Source of the DNA: Torpedo marmorata
Lineage: Eukaryota
Length of the DNA stretch: 64,000 nt
Direction of reading: 5' to 3'
Assembly (NCBI GenBank): GCA_977017645.1
Contig: OZ360239.1
Coordinates: 37,758,001-37,822,000, forward strand
The notes under the pieces were generated by a model. The model did no database searches. It was not told where the DNA came from and worked only from the letters and a program-made list of their open reading frames with translations. Positions 63,100 to 64,000 of the stretch are shown here, piece after piece (positions within the stretch are counted from its first letter, which is position 1; each line of letters opens with the position of its first letter). Position numbers and translations under genes: made by a program.

Positions 63100-64000
63100 T
63101 AGGCGTATCTAGGGTATGGCAGCCAGGGCACGTGCCCTGGGCGCCACTTGAAGGGGGGTGCCACTGTCCTCACCCACCAATCCTCTTAAGAGTTTAAAAA
63201 CAAGCTCGTATGTGCTATTTAGGAGCAGGAGCGCGCGTTGAGTGTAGGCGTTGTTGACACCCTCTGCCGCTCAATGTCGGTTCCCTTGACCCGTCCTTGC
63301 CTCGGAGGCGCCAGTTCAGCGTCCCCTTCGCTGCCGGTGTCCTCGCTCACCCACCGAAACCCGCATACATTCTGCTGTGGGCTTCCTATTAAACCCAGCA
63401 CTGAGCATTCTCTGAGGGGCGAGGGCTCCAGCATCAATCCTCCTTTAACGATGATGTAAAAAAATAAGTTCTACGCAGCGTGCACGGCAAACTCGGCAAG
63501 CAAACGGCTAAAAGTTGGCAATTTGTGGCGCACACGCACCGGCAGAGCCTGGAAATTATTCACCCCCCGCCCCAAGCCCGACTCCCCCAACACCCCTTGT
63601 CTGATTTATTTCAAACAGAATACTTTTCAGACCAGCGAGAGAATAATTGGCGTTAGTACTTTTACTACAGCTCCAACCTGCTACTACACAGGAAAGAGAA
63701 TCATTAAAGTGCTGGCAATCATGAGACCAGGCGGACGTCTCTCTTCCCCCTCGGATGGGGCTGTTGGTGGCCAGTGTTGAGAGGAGGGGAGAGAGGGAGG
63801 AGGGGTGTGTGTCCGTCAGCTACCATGTGAATGGTGACTGCAATTCCCAGACGATGGCTCTCTCAGTCTGGACGTGAGCTGACGACCGGAGGAGGGCAGC
63901 CGCACTAACTCGCTTCTCTGGTTATTCCTCTCGTGTTATTTTTTTTAATTTTTGACTGTCGGCAGGCCAACCTGGTGCCTTCCTGTCTCAGCCAGAGTGA
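63100..64000. other. GC/CpG-rich segment, probably the left end of a DNA transposon running past the window edge
   Basis: Starts aggcgtatctagggtatggcagccagggcacgtgccctgggcgcc, a TIR-like end with an internal palindrome. No matching right end is present in the window. Confidence 0.35.

Larger units (their letters stand above)
11022..64000 (-). other. FAM53B: Last intron of FAM53B (partial, >53 kb; donor lies beyond the window)
   Basis: The acceptor is at 11022. The large penultimate FAM53 exon (SRSQPC...RPSLD motifs) is not seen in any ORF in the window. Confidence 0.65.

Noticed and set aside
1-64000. CRISPR arrays, operons or prokaryotic defence systems
   Set aside because: The DNA is vertebrate and intron-rich. 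There is no repeat-spacer array, and all RT-like ORFs belong to eukaryotic LINE or Penelope families.

Overview
This is vertebrate genomic DNA, not prokaryotic. The repeat content (CR1, Rex1/Babar, L1/Tx1, Penelope-like elements, V-SINE/HE1-type SINEs) suggests a cartilaginous fish, which is an inference. Only one host coding exon is supported: the terminal exon of a FAM53-family gene on the minus strand (11021-10668, ending LDGELDIEQIENN, best matching FAM53B). It is followed by a ~2.1 kb transposon-free putative 3' UTR ending near an AATAAA at 8589-8584. Everything from 11022 to 64000 appears to be one >53 kb last intron filled with mobile elements, and most entries in the ORF track are spurious or TE-derived. 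The main points of interest are: (1) a very young 1329-bp mini Gypsy element (24015-25343) with identical 244-bp LTRs, a 5-bp TSD and an intact in-frame Gag-N/integrase-C-tail fusion ORF; in place of a tRNA primer site it has a 14-nt segment perfectly complementary to its own LTR poly(A)-signal region (candidate self-priming); (2) a tRNA-Thr(TGT) copy fused to a LINE 3' tail (candidate new SINE or template-switch chimera); (3) a Tigger MITE that closely resembles my recollection of mammalian MER47A (possible horizontal transfer); (4) Penelope-derived repeats with degenerate hammerhead ribozyme cores, some arranged as palindromes; (5) a 5'-inverted L1; (6) several MITEs carrying CpG-rich cargo. 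Family names come from recalled motifs, not database searches. Boundaries of old repeats are approximate.
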